A DNA stretch of 64,000 nucleotides from Bacillus sp. (in: firmicutes) (lineage in GTDB: Bacteria; Bacillota; Bacilli; Bacillales; Cytobacillaceae), in assembly GCA_031177865.1 (NCBI GenBank), contig JAPSKD010000002.1:1641-65640 (forward strand), written 5' to 3'. The notes beneath the pieces are model-generated. The model saw nothing but the letters and a program-made list of their open reading frames with translations, ran no database searches and was not told the DNA's origin. This document shows positions 27,841-37,711 of this stretch, piece by piece (positions within the stretch are counted from its first letter, which is position 1; each line of letters starts with the position of its first letter). A program made the translations under genes and the position numbers.

Positions 27841-29061
27841 ATGGTGTTGATAATGTATTTTTCAATTCTACTTTTGTTGATAGTTGTATTGTTTGAACCC
27901 CTTTTAGAAACCAGTTTTCTACCGGGGATAATATTAATTTTAGAATTAGTATACCTGTCATTTTTAATCCTTAGAAATCCGAAAATTAGTATTGCTTTTA
28001 TATTTTTTTGTATTTACCTTGTAGTCTTGTTAGCTTGGTCTTTATTAGTAAATCCTTCCCACTATTCAAGCTATATATTTAGGGTATTCACATACTTCTC
28101 ACAGCTTATTATTGGTACCGGGTTATTTATAAGAGTTTTTAATGACCCGTATAAAAAAAAGAAAGTTGTTAATTCTTTCATAGTATTAATAATGTTTATG
28201 GCTATTTATTGCATTATAGAAGGTTTATATGAAAAAAACCTATTATTTTCGAATCTTTTTCGTGAAGATTGGTATGCAAAAACCATTTATGGGGATGCAA
28301 GAGGATACAGAGCATCAGGTAGTATGGAATCTCCCTTAGTAATGAGTTTTCCTATTTTACTTTGTTTAAACTTTTCCTATATAAATTTAAGATTAAATGA
28401 TAAAAAGAAATATGCAATCCCATTTTTACTATGTCTAATATCTTTGTACTTTTTCCAGACAAGGACTGTATATTTATGTGCTGTTATTTGTATTTTCTTA
28501 GTAGAGCTTCATAGAACAAGTAAAAAAGATGGTAAATTAAAGTGGAATGTTCTCATATTTGCAATTTTGACTTTTATTATTGGATCGATATACAAAGATT
28601 ATCTTATAACTTTATTCACTGGGAATATAATGTCCTATACTCATCGTCTAGAAAGTATAAAATTTGTTCTTAATCTAATAGTTAATCAAAATCCTATATA
28701 CCTATTAATAGGTCATGGATATGGTTCTTTATCATATAAGGTTTATATTGAGAAATTAACAATTACTACAGAAGGCTTCTATGCAATAGACAACGAATAT
28801 ATTACAGTTTTGTATGAAATAGGCATATTGGGATTATTACTTTCAAGCGCAGTTTACGTTTATCTCATCAAAATATGTAAAAATATGAGTGCTAGCAAAA
28901 GGATGTTATTTATTACTTCTAGTATTTGTTATGCTATTTATTTATTTTCTTTTAACTTTTTTCATTGGTTCTCTATGGCAACTATCGCAGCCTTTACCTT
29001 AGGCGCCTTTATTTCTGAAAAAAAACAAAATCGAAACAAAGATGAGGAAATACATTTATGA
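27841..29061 (+). CDS. wzy: Wzy polymerase / O-antigen ligase family
   Basis: More than 10 TMs; YRASGSMESP, QTRT, SYTHR, IGHGYG, IDNEYITVLYEIGILG. Start codon uncertain. Confidence 0.8.
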   Translation: MVLIMYFSILLLLIVVLFEPLLETSFLPGIILILELVYLSFLILRNPKISIAFIFFCIYLVVLLAWSLLVNPSHYSSYIFRVFTYFSQLIIGTGLFIRVFNDPYKKKKVVNSFIVLIMFMAIYCIIEGLYEKNLLFSNLFREDWYAKTIYGDARGYRASGSMESPLVMSFPILLCLNFSYINLRLNDKKKYAIPFLLCLISLYFFQTRTVYLCAVICIFLVELHRTSKKDGKLKWNVLIFAILTFIIGSIYKDYLITLFTGNIMSYTHRLESIKFVLNLIVNQNPIYLLIGHGYGSLSYKVYIEKLTITTEGFYAIDNEYITVLYEIGILGLLLSSAVYVYLIKICKNMSASKRMLFITSSICYAIYLFSFNFFHWFSMATIAAFTLGAFISEKKQNRNKDEEIHL

Positions 29062-29924
29062 AATTTTGTTTTGTAATTCTACATTACCGTACATTAATAG
29101 AAACCAAAGAGTGTCTTCAATATTTAAAAGGACTTGATAACCAAAATGATATTCAAATCATTGTAGTAGATAATGGTTCAAAAGATGGGAGCTTAAAAGT
29201 TCTCGCGGACAATATGAAGGAAGAAAGTAATATATTATTTGTTGAAGCTGAATATAATGTAGGCTTTGCTAAAGGGAATAATTTGGGCTATACAATTGCG
29301 AAATATAAATATCAAGCTGAATATATTGTAATGATGAACAGTGATGTTTTTATCCAGCAAAAAGAATTTATAAGACTGATAGAAGAGATATATGGACAAA
29401 CTAATTTCGATATATTGGGGCCTGACATCATTACAAAAACTGATGAGCATCAAAATCCTTTAATGCTAGTACATGATAATATTGGGAGAATTAATAAAAC
29501 TATATTTCTAAACAGAATTAGATTTATGGCGACATTTCTTCCATTTGATTTAAAAAGGTTATTTAAAAATCCAAAAAAATCAAATGCAAATATAAAGGTT
29601 CAACCTAATCCTGATTTTAGGGTACAGGTTGAAAACTGTCCTTTACACGGGGCTTGCTTAATCTTTTCTGGCAATTTTGTTAGTCTTCATGAATTTCCAT
29701 TTTATCCAGACACATTTTTATATGGCGAGGAAGATATTCTATACTACCTTGGTCAAAAGGAAAAAGAAAAGTTCGTTTATTCACCTCTTGTAGAAGTTTT
29801 ACATATGGAGGATGCTGCAACAAATATCTGTTTTTCAGATTATAAGAAAAAGAAACGATTTATTACCAAACATTCTAGTAAATCATTAAAGGTATTGAAA
29901 GAATTAATGAAAAGGTCAAAATAG
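29058..29924 (+). CDS. GT2 glycosyltransferase (rhamnosyltransferase-like)
   Basis: VVDNGSKDGS, NVGFAKGNN, NSD, LHGACL, FLYGEEDIL. Confidence 0.85.
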   Translation: MKFCFVILHYRTLIETKECLQYLKGLDNQNDIQIIVVDNGSKDGSLKVLADNMKEESNILFVEAEYNVGFAKGNNLGYTIAKYKYQAEYIVMMNSDVFIQQKEFIRLIEEIYGQTNFDILGPDIITKTDEHQNPLMLVHDNIGRINKTIFLNRIRFMATFLPFDLKRLFKNPKKSNANIKVQPNPDFRVQVENCPLHGACLIFSGNFVSLHEFPFYPDTFLYGEEDILYYLGQKEKEKFVYSPLVEVLHMEDAATNICFSDYKKKKRFITKHSSKSLKVLKELMKRSK

Positions 29925-30003
29925 TATAAAGTCTAAGTAAGTAATTTTACGTAAAGCCCATTTAGTTGCATGACTTAATGAGCATACTGTTGAGGGATGA
30001 ATT

Positions 30004-31425
30004 TTGAATAACAAGGCTATTACTTTTCTGAAAAATTTCTCTTATACGCTTTCTTCAAATTTAATATCAATATTCATTTCTACAATGGTGATACTAATCG
30101 TACCAAAGTTGATAGGTGTAGAAAGTTATGGTTATTGGCAGCTATACATTTTTTACTCTTCATATGTGGGTTTCCTGCACTTTGGTTGGAATGATGGAAT
30201 ATATCTTAGATACGGTGGAAGAGAATATCAAAAATTAAATATAACCCTATTTTTTTCTCAATTTTGGATGCTTGTTTTTTTTCAGATAATTATAGGTGTT
30301 ATTATATTTAGTTTTTCTGCAGTCTTTAATGATGATTCTAATAAATTAGTTATTATTAAAATGACAGTTTTATGTATGTTGTTAGTTAATGTCCGATTAA
30401 TGTTAATTTACCTTCTACAGTGTACAAATAGAATTAAAGAGTATGCCAATATAGTACTTATAGAGAAAGTTCTTTATTGCATTTTTATTTTATTATTTTT
30501 ATCGGCAGGAGTTAGACTCTACCAATTTTTGATAGTTGCTGATTTATTAGGTAAGTTTTTGTCTTTAGTTTATGCGGCATATTGTTGCAGAGAAATTGTT
30601 TTTAATGGATTTTCTACATTTTATTTTAGTCTAAAAGAAACAATTGAGAACATAGCAGTTGGAATAAAGTTAATGTTTGCTAACATAGCCAGTATGCTAA
30701 CCATTGGAATAGTTAGATTCGGTATTGAACGTGGGTGGGATGTAGGGACGTTTGGTAAAGTTTCTTTAACATTGAGTATCTCCAATTTATTAATGTTATT
30801 TATCAACGCTGTAGGCATAATTATGTTTCCAATATTAAAAAGAACTAATTTAGAAAAGCTTCCACAAATTTATTTAACTATGAAGACAATTTTAATGCTT
30901 CCCCTGCTTGGTTTGTTAGTAATGTATTATCCATTAAAAATTATATTAATAGGCTGGTTACCACAATATGCAGATAGTCTTAAATTTATGGCTCTTCTTT
31001 TTCCAATGTGTGTTTACGAGGGGAAAATGGCTTTGTTAATTAATACGTATTTAAAAACTTTACGTAAAGAGAAATTAATCCTTTTTATTAATCTTATCTC
31101 TGTTTTTCTGAGCATATTTTTCACCTTTATGTTTACTATTTTACTAAAAAATTTATCATTAGCTATAGTTACAATTGTTGTGCTTCTAGCTATCCGTTGT
31201 ATTTTAGCAGAGGTACTCTTATCAAAGATATTAAAAATATCGGTTAAGAAAGACGTAATTTTTGAAATAGCAATGGTACTTATATTTATACTGACAGGTT
31301 GGTTAGTTTCCTCTTGGATCGGAACAGTTCTTTACTTAGTTGCCTATGTAATCTTTGTCATAATAAATAGAATTGATATTAAATCATCGTTTGGCCATAT
31401 AAAAATTTTATTAAAGAATGGTTGA
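30004..31425 (+). CDS. wzx: Wzx flippase
   Basis: 12-14 TMs; YGYWQLYIFYSSYVGFLHFGWNDGIYLRYGG. Confidence 0.88.
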   Translation: MNNKAITFLKNFSYTLSSNLISIFISTMVILIVPKLIGVESYGYWQLYIFYSSYVGFLHFGWNDGIYLRYGGREYQKLNITLFFSQFWMLVFFQIIIGVIIFSFSAVFNDDSNKLVIIKMTVLCMLLVNVRLMLIYLLQCTNRIKEYANIVLIEKVLYCIFILLFLSAGVRLYQFLIVADLLGKFLSLVYAAYCCREIVFNGFSTFYFSLKETIENIAVGIKLMFANIASMLTIGIVRFGIERGWDVGTFGKVSLTLSISNLLMLFINAVGIIMFPILKRTNLEKLPQIYLTMKTILMLPLLGLLVMYYPLKIILIGWLPQYADSLKFMALLFPMCVYEGKMALLINTYLKTLRKEKLILFINLISVFLSIFFTFMFTILLKNLSLAIVTIVVLLAIRCILAEVLLSKILKISVKKDVIFEIAMVLIFILTGWLVSSWIGTVLYLVAYVIFVIINRIDIKSSFGHIKILLKNG

Positions 31426-31545
31426 TCCGTGGAGTAACCCTTTAAGGTTTTTATATTGGCTTACATTATTTCTTTTTAGAAAATAAGTTAGCCCAAAAGT
31501 TGATAAAAAGGTAAGCAATAAACTAAGAATATTAGGAGTCATAAA

Positions 31546-32700
31546 ATGAAAAATATTTTTATTATCGGCTCGAAAGGTATTCCCGCTAAGTATGGGGGAT
31601 TTGAAACCTTTGTAGAGCAATTAACTGCACGGAAGGTAAGTAACAATATTATGTACCATGTGTCCTGTCTAGGTGACGAAAACAATGAATTTTATCATAA
31701 CAACGCCCGCTGTTTCAGCGTAAAGGTACCAAATGTGGGAAGCGCAAGGGCAGTTTTATATGATTTATTAAGTCTCCAGGAATGCATTAATTATATTCAA
31801 GATAAGCAACTAAAAGATTGTATTGTTTATATACTTGCATGTCGAATTGGGCCATTCTTTTCCCATTATAAAACCAAACTAGAAAAAATGGGTGTAAAAG
31901 TTTTTGTTAATCCAGATGGTCATGAATGGAAACGTAGCAAATGGAATTATTGGATTAAAAAGTATTGGAAACTATCTGAAAAACTCATGGTTAAGAACGC
32001 AGATTTATTGGTCTGTGATTCAAGGGGTATAGAAAGCTATGTACTCTCCGACTATGAAATGTATAGTCCGAAGACTACATTTATAGCATATGGTGCTGAC
32101 ATTACACCCTCCATAATTAGTAATGACGATATGAAGCTAAAAGCTTGGTATACAGAACACGACTTAAAATCTAAGGAGTACTTCTTGGTTGTAGGCCGTT
32201 TTGTACCTGAAAACAACTATGAATTAATGCTTAAGGAATTTATGAAATCTACTTCAAAAAAGGACTTTGTTTTAATTGCAAATGTTGAAAAAAATGATTT
32301 TTACGAACAATTAAAACAATCCACTCTTTTTGAGCAGGATCATCGTATTAAGTTTGTAGGAACGGTTTATGATCAAGAGTTATTGAAAAAAATTAGAGAA
32401 AATGCTTACGGTTATTTCCATGGACATGAAGTTGGTGGAACCAATCCTTCACTCTTGGAAGCCTTGGCTTCTACAAGTTTAAATTTATTACTAGATGTTG
32501 TATTTAATAAAGAAGTTGGAAAAGAGGGAGCTGTTTATTTTTCAAAAGAACCTGGTTCACTAGCTAGCTTAATAAATAAAGTTGAAACTTATAATTTGAA
32601 TCAGATAGAAATTCTGGGGAAAGCTGCTAAAGAAAGAATAAGAGCAGAATACTCTTGGGATAAAATAGTTAATGATTATGAATTACTTTTCTTAAAATAA
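31546..32700 (+). CDS. GT4 DUF1972 beta-1,4-rhamnosyltransferase (Cps2T/WchF/RgpA-like)
   Basis: IIGSKGIPAKYGGFETFVE, NPDGHEWKRSKW, VGRFVPENNYE, HGHEVGGTNPSLLEAL. Confidence 0.9.
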   Translation: MKNIFIIGSKGIPAKYGGFETFVEQLTARKVSNNIMYHVSCLGDENNEFYHNNARCFSVKVPNVGSARAVLYDLLSLQECINYIQDKQLKDCIVYILACRIGPFFSHYKTKLEKMGVKVFVNPDGHEWKRSKWNYWIKKYWKLSEKLMVKNADLLVCDSRGIESYVLSDYEMYSPKTTFIAYGADITPSIISNDDMKLKAWYTEHDLKSKEYFLVVGRFVPENNYELMLKEFMKSTSKKDFVLIANVEKNDFYEQLKQSTLFEQDHRIKFVGTVYDQELLKKIRENAYGYFHGHEVGGTNPSLLEALASTSLNLLLDVVFNKEVGKEGAVYFSKEPGSLASLINKVETYNLNQIEILGKAAKERIRAEYSWDKIVNDYELLFLK

Positions 32701-32730
32701 ATATATCTAAATTATACGGAGGTGGATCCT

Positions 32731-33624
32731 TTGAAAGGGATTATTTTAGCAGGTGGTAGTGGTACAAGACTATATCCTATTACAAGATCAATATCAAAAC
32801 AGTTAATTCCAATTTATGATAAACCTATGATCTATTATCCATTATCCATATTAATGTTAGCGGGGATTAGAGATATTCTAATTATCTCAACACCAAGTGA
32901 TACACCTCGTTTTGAACAGTTATTAGGGGATGGATCAGAATTAGGGATAAAGTTGAGTTATGCTGTTCAACCATCTCCAGATGGACTAGCTCAAGCTTTT
33001 ATCATTGGGGAAAAATTTATAGGTGGAGATAATGTTGCACTTATATTAGGTGACAACATTTTTTATGGACATGGATTTACAAAATTATTAGAAAAAGTGG
33101 CATCAAGAGAAAATGGAGCAACGGTTTTTGGATATAATGTTAAGGATCCAGAAAGATTTGGTGTAGTTGAGTTTGATTCTCTTGGGAGGGCAATTTCTAT
33201 AGAGGAAAAGCCAGAAGTACCAAAATCTTCTTATGCTGTAACTGGGCTTTATTTTTATGATAATAGAGTGATAGACATTGCTAAAAGTATTGAACCATCT
33301 GCAAGAGGAGAATTAGAGATAACCGCTATAAATGAAGAATATTTAAAATTGGACGACCTTCATGTAGAGTTATTAGGTCGTGGATTTGCGTGGTTGGATA
33401 CAGGAACACATGAATCACTGCTGGAAGCTTCAACTTTTATTGAAACAATTGAGAAACGTCAAAGTTTAAAGGTTGCTTGTTTAGAAGAAATAGCTTATCG
33501 AAAAGGATATATTTCAAAAGATCAGCTACTTAATCTAGCGGAACCTTTAAGAAAGAATGGGTATGGTCAATATTTATTGCGACTAGCAAACCAAGTACTG
33601 ATTGATAATAGAAAGCAGGTGTAA
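32731..33624 (+). CDS. rmlA: Glucose-1-phosphate thymidylyltransferase
   Basis: [26 protein letters not shown]. Confidence 0.97.
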   Translation: MKGIILAGGSGTRLYPITRSISKQLIPIYDKPMIYYPLSILMLAGIRDILIISTPSDTPRFEQLLGDGSELGIKLSYAVQPSPDGLAQAFIIGEKFIGGDNVALILGDNIFYGHGFTKLLEKVASRENGATVFGYNVKDPERFGVVEFDSLGRAISIEEKPEVPKSSYAVTGLYFYDNRVIDIAKSIEPSARGELEITAINEEYLKLDDLHVELLGRGFAWLDTGTHESLLEASTFIETIEKRQSLKVACLEEIAYRKGYISKDQLLNLAEPLRKNGYGQYLLRLANQVLIDNRKQV

Positions 33625-33627
33625 ATA

Positions 33628-34188
33628 ATGAAGGTTACGAAAACTAAATTTGAAGAAGTAATAGTAATAGAGCCTAAAGTTTATGGTGATCACCGTGGAT
33701 GGTTCTCTGAGACATACAGCAAATCTATATTGGCTGATCATGGTATTAACTTAGAATTCGTACAGGACAACCAATCATTCTCAGCAGCAAAAGGTACTTT
33801 ACGTGGGTTGCACTATCAATTAAACCCAAAAGCACAATCGAAGCTTGTTAGATGCACAAGGGGTTCAATCTTTGATGTGGCTGTTGATATTCGTAAAGGA
33901 AGTCGGACGTATGGGGAATGGTATGGTATTGAATTAAGCCATGAAAATAAAAAACAGTTACTTATACCTATGGGGTTTGCTCACGCCTTCATAACATTAA
34001 CTGATGATGTGGAAGTTCAATATAAAGTTGATGAGACATATTCTCCTGAACATGAGAGGGGTATTTTATGGAATGACCCTGAAATAGGAATAAAATGGCC
34101 GATTGAAGTAAAACCGATCCTTTCTGCTAAGGACGAAGTTGCACCCCTATTAAAAAATGCAGAAAATAATTTTACGATTGGGGAATAA
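33628..34188 (+). CDS. rmlC: dTDP-4-dehydrorhamnose 3,5-epimerase
   Basis: GDHRGWF, VQDNQS, TLRGLHYQ, GFAH, YKVD. Confidence 0.96.
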   Translation: MKVTKTKFEEVIVIEPKVYGDHRGWFSETYSKSILADHGINLEFVQDNQSFSAAKGTLRGLHYQLNPKAQSKLVRCTRGSIFDVAVDIRKGSRTYGEWYGIELSHENKKQLLIPMGFAHAFITLTDDVEVQYKVDETYSPEHERGILWNDPEIGIKWPIEVKPILSAKDEVAPLLKNAENNFTIGE

Positions 34189-34192
34189 CCAT

Positions 34193-35047
34193 ATGAAAGT
34201 TCTTGTAACAGGATATGGAGGACAGCTTGGCTATGACGTAGTCAAGGAGGGAGCCAAACGAGGACTAAAGATGCTGGGTACTACTTCAAAAATATTAGAT
34301 ATTACTGATGAAAAAAAAGTATTTGATTATGTCTACAAACTTAAGCCTGATGCAATTGTTCATTGTGCTGCTTATACTGCTGTAGATAAAGCGGAAGATG
34401 ATCAAGAAAACTGTTATGATGTAAATGTGAACGGGACTAAATACCTGGCTCAAGCGGCGAAAGAGGTTGATGCAAAGTTTATTTTTATTAGTACTGACTA
34501 TGTTTTTAATGGGGAAGGAGAGATTCCTTTTACAGAAAATGATCTTCCAAACCCATTAGGATACTATGGAAAAACAAAGTACCTTGGTGAAGAAATAGTA
34601 CAGAATGAATTAGATAAATGGTTCATTGTTCGTATATCTTGGGTTTTTGGTACTAATGGTAATAATTTTATTCAAACAATGCTTCGGCTATCTGAAACAA
34701 GAAATGAATTAAACGTAGTAGGTGATCAATATGGCTCACCTACATCAACCTATGATTTGTCACGATTATTGATCGATATGATACAAACTGATCGATATGG
34801 TATCTATCATGTTTCCAACGAAGGGTTTTGTACATGGGCAGAGTTTGCAGAGGAAATTTTCAAATTATCTAATCGAAGAGTGAAAATTAATGAGATATCT
34901 ACAGAAGAGTATCCGACACGAGCAATTAGACCAAAAAATTCTCGGATGTCTAAAGAAAAGTTAATTTTGAATGGGTTTAAGCCTCTGCCAACATGGCAGG
35001 ATGCACTCTCTCGGTACTTATCTAAATTAAGTCAAGAGGTGGAATAA
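34193..35047 (+). CDS. rmlD: dTDP-4-dehydrorhamnose reductase
   Basis: TGYGGQLG, AAYTAVDKAE, STDYVF, YGKTK. Confidence 0.96.
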   Translation: MKVLVTGYGGQLGYDVVKEGAKRGLKMLGTTSKILDITDEKKVFDYVYKLKPDAIVHCAAYTAVDKAEDDQENCYDVNVNGTKYLAQAAKEVDAKFIFISTDYVFNGEGEIPFTENDLPNPLGYYGKTKYLGEEIVQNELDKWFIVRISWVFGTNGNNFIQTMLRLSETRNELNVVGDQYGSPTSTYDLSRLLIDMIQTDRYGIYHVSNEGFCTWAEFAEEIFKLSNRRVKINEISTEEYPTRAIRPKNSRMSKEKLILNGFKPLPTWQDALSRYLSKLSQEVE

Positions 35048-36070
35048 TTGAAAAAGAAAATTCTTGTAACAGGTGGAGCAGGGTTTATTGGTGGAAACTT
35101 TGTTCAATTTATGGTAAATAAGTATCCTGAATATGAAATTTTTAATTTAGATTTATTAACATATGCAGGAGATCTAACTAAACATAAGGATATCGAATTA
35201 GAATCAAATTACCATTTTATTAAAGCTGATATTTCAGATAGAAAGAGAATCACAGATTTGTTTGAACAAGAGAAATTTGATTATGTTGTTCATTTTGCTG
35301 CTGAAAGCCATGTGGACCGCTCAATAATTAATCCAGAGATTTTTGTCCTTACTAATATTCTGGGGACACAGGTATTGCTTGATGCAGCAAAAGCTAATAA
35401 TATAACGAAATTTGTACATGTTTCAACAGACGAAGTATATGGTGAATTAGACTTTGATCCAACTACTTTCTTTACTGAAAATACTCCTTTACAACCAAAT
35501 AGTCCCTATAGTGCTAGTAAAGCATCATCGGATTTCATGGTTCGTGCTTACTATGAAACATTTAAACTTCCAGTAAATATTACTCGTTGCTCTAATAACT
35601 ATGGTCCTTTTCATTTTCCCGAAAAGTTGATTCCCCTTACAATTTCTAGAGTGCTGAATAACCAAAAGGTACCTATATACGGTAATGGAAGGAATATACG
35701 AGATTGGTTACATGTAATAGATCACTGTGCAGCTATTGATCTAGTGTTACACAAAGGTGTGGTGGGAGAAGTATATAATGTTGGAGGGCATAACGAGCGT
35801 ACAAATTTGGAAGTAGTTAAAACAATAATTAATACTTTGGGGAAATCTGAAGACTTAATTGAGTTTGTAGAAGATCGCTTAGGTCATGACAAACGATATG
35901 CAATTGATCCTACTAAACTAGAAAATCTGGGGTGGAAGCCAACCTATACTTTTGAAACGGGTATAGCTCAAACAATTCAATGGTATTTGGATAACCAAGA
36001 ATGGTGGCAACGAATAATAAGTGGTGAATATCAAGAATATTTTGAAATGCAGTACAGCAAGAAGTTTTAA
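35048..36070 (+). CDS. rmlB: dTDP-glucose 4,6-dehydratase
   Basis: TGGAGFIG, HFAAESHVDRS, STDEVYG, YSASKA. Confidence 0.97.
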   Translation: MKKKILVTGGAGFIGGNFVQFMVNKYPEYEIFNLDLLTYAGDLTKHKDIELESNYHFIKADISDRKRITDLFEQEKFDYVVHFAAESHVDRSIINPEIFVLTNILGTQVLLDAAKANNITKFVHVSTDEVYGELDFDPTTFFTENTPLQPNSPYSASKASSDFMVRAYYETFKLPVNITRCSNNYGPFHFPEKLIPLTISRVLNNQKVPIYGNGRNIRDWLHVIDHCAAIDLVLHKGVVGEVYNVGGHNERTNLEVVKTIINTLGKSEDLIEFVEDRLGHDKRYAIDPTKLENLGWKPTYTFETGIAQTIQWYLDNQEWWQRIISGEYQEYFEMQYSKKF

Positions 36071-36180
36071 ACATAAGATTCTAAAGCTTTAAGTAAAGTA
36101 AGCCAGTTCTCTTAAGAGTGCTGGCTCTTATAAATTTTCAAATGGGTTGTAATATTTATTTTATTTAAGGAGATTGAATT

Positions 36181-37494
36181 ATGAGTAATTTTGAAGAGCT
36201 ACTATTAAGGTTTAAAAATAGAGATGCAGTTATCGGTGTAGTTGGATTAGGGTATGTTGGACTACCGTTGGCTGTAGAAAAGGCAAAAGCGGGATTTAAA
36301 GTAATTGGCTTTGATGTACAACAATCTAGAGTAGAGCAAGTAAATCAAGGTATTAACTATATAGGCGATGTTGTAAACGAGGATCTAGAAGAAGTTGTCA
36401 AATCTGGAAACTTTATTGCCACAACGGATTATGGCAGGATATCAGAAGTGGATGCTGTAGCTATTTGTGTTCCCACACCTTTAGATATATATCAGCAACC
36501 TGATACTTCTTATGTTTGTAGCTCTGCAAATGAAATTTCAAAGTATGCTCATGAAGGAATGTTAATAGTATTAGAATCAACTACTTATCCTGGTACTACT
36601 GAAGAAATTGTAAAACCAGCTCTAGAAGCAAAAGGATTGAAAGCTGGTGAAACTGTATTTATTGCCTATTCTCCAGAGCGTGTAGATCCGGGAAATAAAC
36701 ATTTTAAAACTAAAAATACACCGAAGGTTGTTGGAGGAGTTACTGAGAATTGTACGAAAGTAGCGGCAGCAATGTATCGTTCTGTTTTAGAAGGAGATGT
36801 TCATGAAGTATCAAGTCCTGCTATTGCCGAGATGGAGAAAATATTTGAAAATACTTTCCGGCATATTAACATTGCTTTAGCAAATGAAATGGCTATTCTT
36901 TGTGAACGAATGAATATAGATGTTTGGGAAGTAATTGATGCTGCAAAAACGAAACCATATGGATTTATGGCATTCTATCCAGGGCCAGGTCTAGGCGGCC
37001 ATTGTATCCCAATTGATCCCTTCTATTTAACTTGGAAAGCTCGTGAATATAACTATCATACACGCCTTATTGAATTGGCTGGCGAAATTAATAACTCTAT
37101 GCCTGAGTATGTTGTAAACAGAGCAATGCAGATATTAAACGATGAGGGCAAAGCACTCCGTGGATCGAAGATAGTATTGATGGGTGTTGCTTATAAGAAG
37201 GATATTGATGATGTACGCGAATCTCCTGTTTTGAGAATTATTGAGCTATTGGATCAACAGGGTGCAAATTACACAGTTGTGGATCCATATGTTACCTCAT
37301 TCCGCACGGGAAATAGGAATGTTGAAACAACTACTTTTAGTAAAAGTGTTCTTGAGGAAGCAGATTTAGTGTTAATCACAACAGATCACTCAGACTTTGA
37401 CTACCAATTAATCGCTAATCATAGTAAAATTGTATTCGATACACGTAATACATTTAAAGGTATTGAAAAATCTAACAAATATTATAAGTTATAG
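36181..37494 (+). CDS. UDP-N-acetylhexosamine 6-dehydrogenase (WbpA/TviB-type)
   Basis: GLGYVGLPLA, CVPTP, LESTTYPGTT, PGPGLGGHCIPIDP, DDVRESP. Confidence 0.88.
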   Translation: MSNFEELLLRFKNRDAVIGVVGLGYVGLPLAVEKAKAGFKVIGFDVQQSRVEQVNQGINYIGDVVNEDLEEVVKSGNFIATTDYGRISEVDAVAICVPTPLDIYQQPDTSYVCSSANEISKYAHEGMLIVLESTTYPGTTEEIVKPALEAKGLKAGETVFIAYSPERVDPGNKHFKTKNTPKVVGGVTENCTKVAAAMYRSVLEGDVHEVSSPAIAEMEKIFENTFRHINIALANEMAILCERMNIDVWEVIDAAKTKPYGFMAFYPGPGLGGHCIPIDPFYLTWKAREYNYHTRLIELAGEINNSMPEYVVNRAMQILNDEGKALRGSKIVLMGVAYKKDIDDVRESPVLRIIELLDQQGANYTVVDPYVTSFRTGNRNVETTTFSKSVLEEADLVLITTDHSDFDYQLIANHSKIVFDTRNTFKGIEKSNKYYKL

Positions 37495-37537
37495 TATACT
37501 AGCGGCAAAGGATATATATATTATCAATTTAATGGAA

Positions 37538-37572
37538 GGCTCATTGCTGATTTGCAATGAGCTTTTCCTTTT
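37538..37572 (+). terminator. Terminator at the end of the polysaccharide operon
   Basis: GGCTCATTGC-tgattt-GCAATGAGCT + T-tract. Confidence 0.8.
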
Positions 37573-37711
37573 TAAAATTTATAATAATCGCTATTGTATT
37601 CTCTTTTACATACTTATTTGATAATGATCTAATTATCTACCACCACGAATTGGATATATCTTATTTTATAGAGGTTCTTTATTAAAATTAAGAAAAGAGG
37701 TCAATAGTTGA

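Noticed and set aside
28150-29030. A8/A9 tracts in wzy as phase-variation switches
   Set aside because: Expected in such AT-rich DNA; the gene is in frame.
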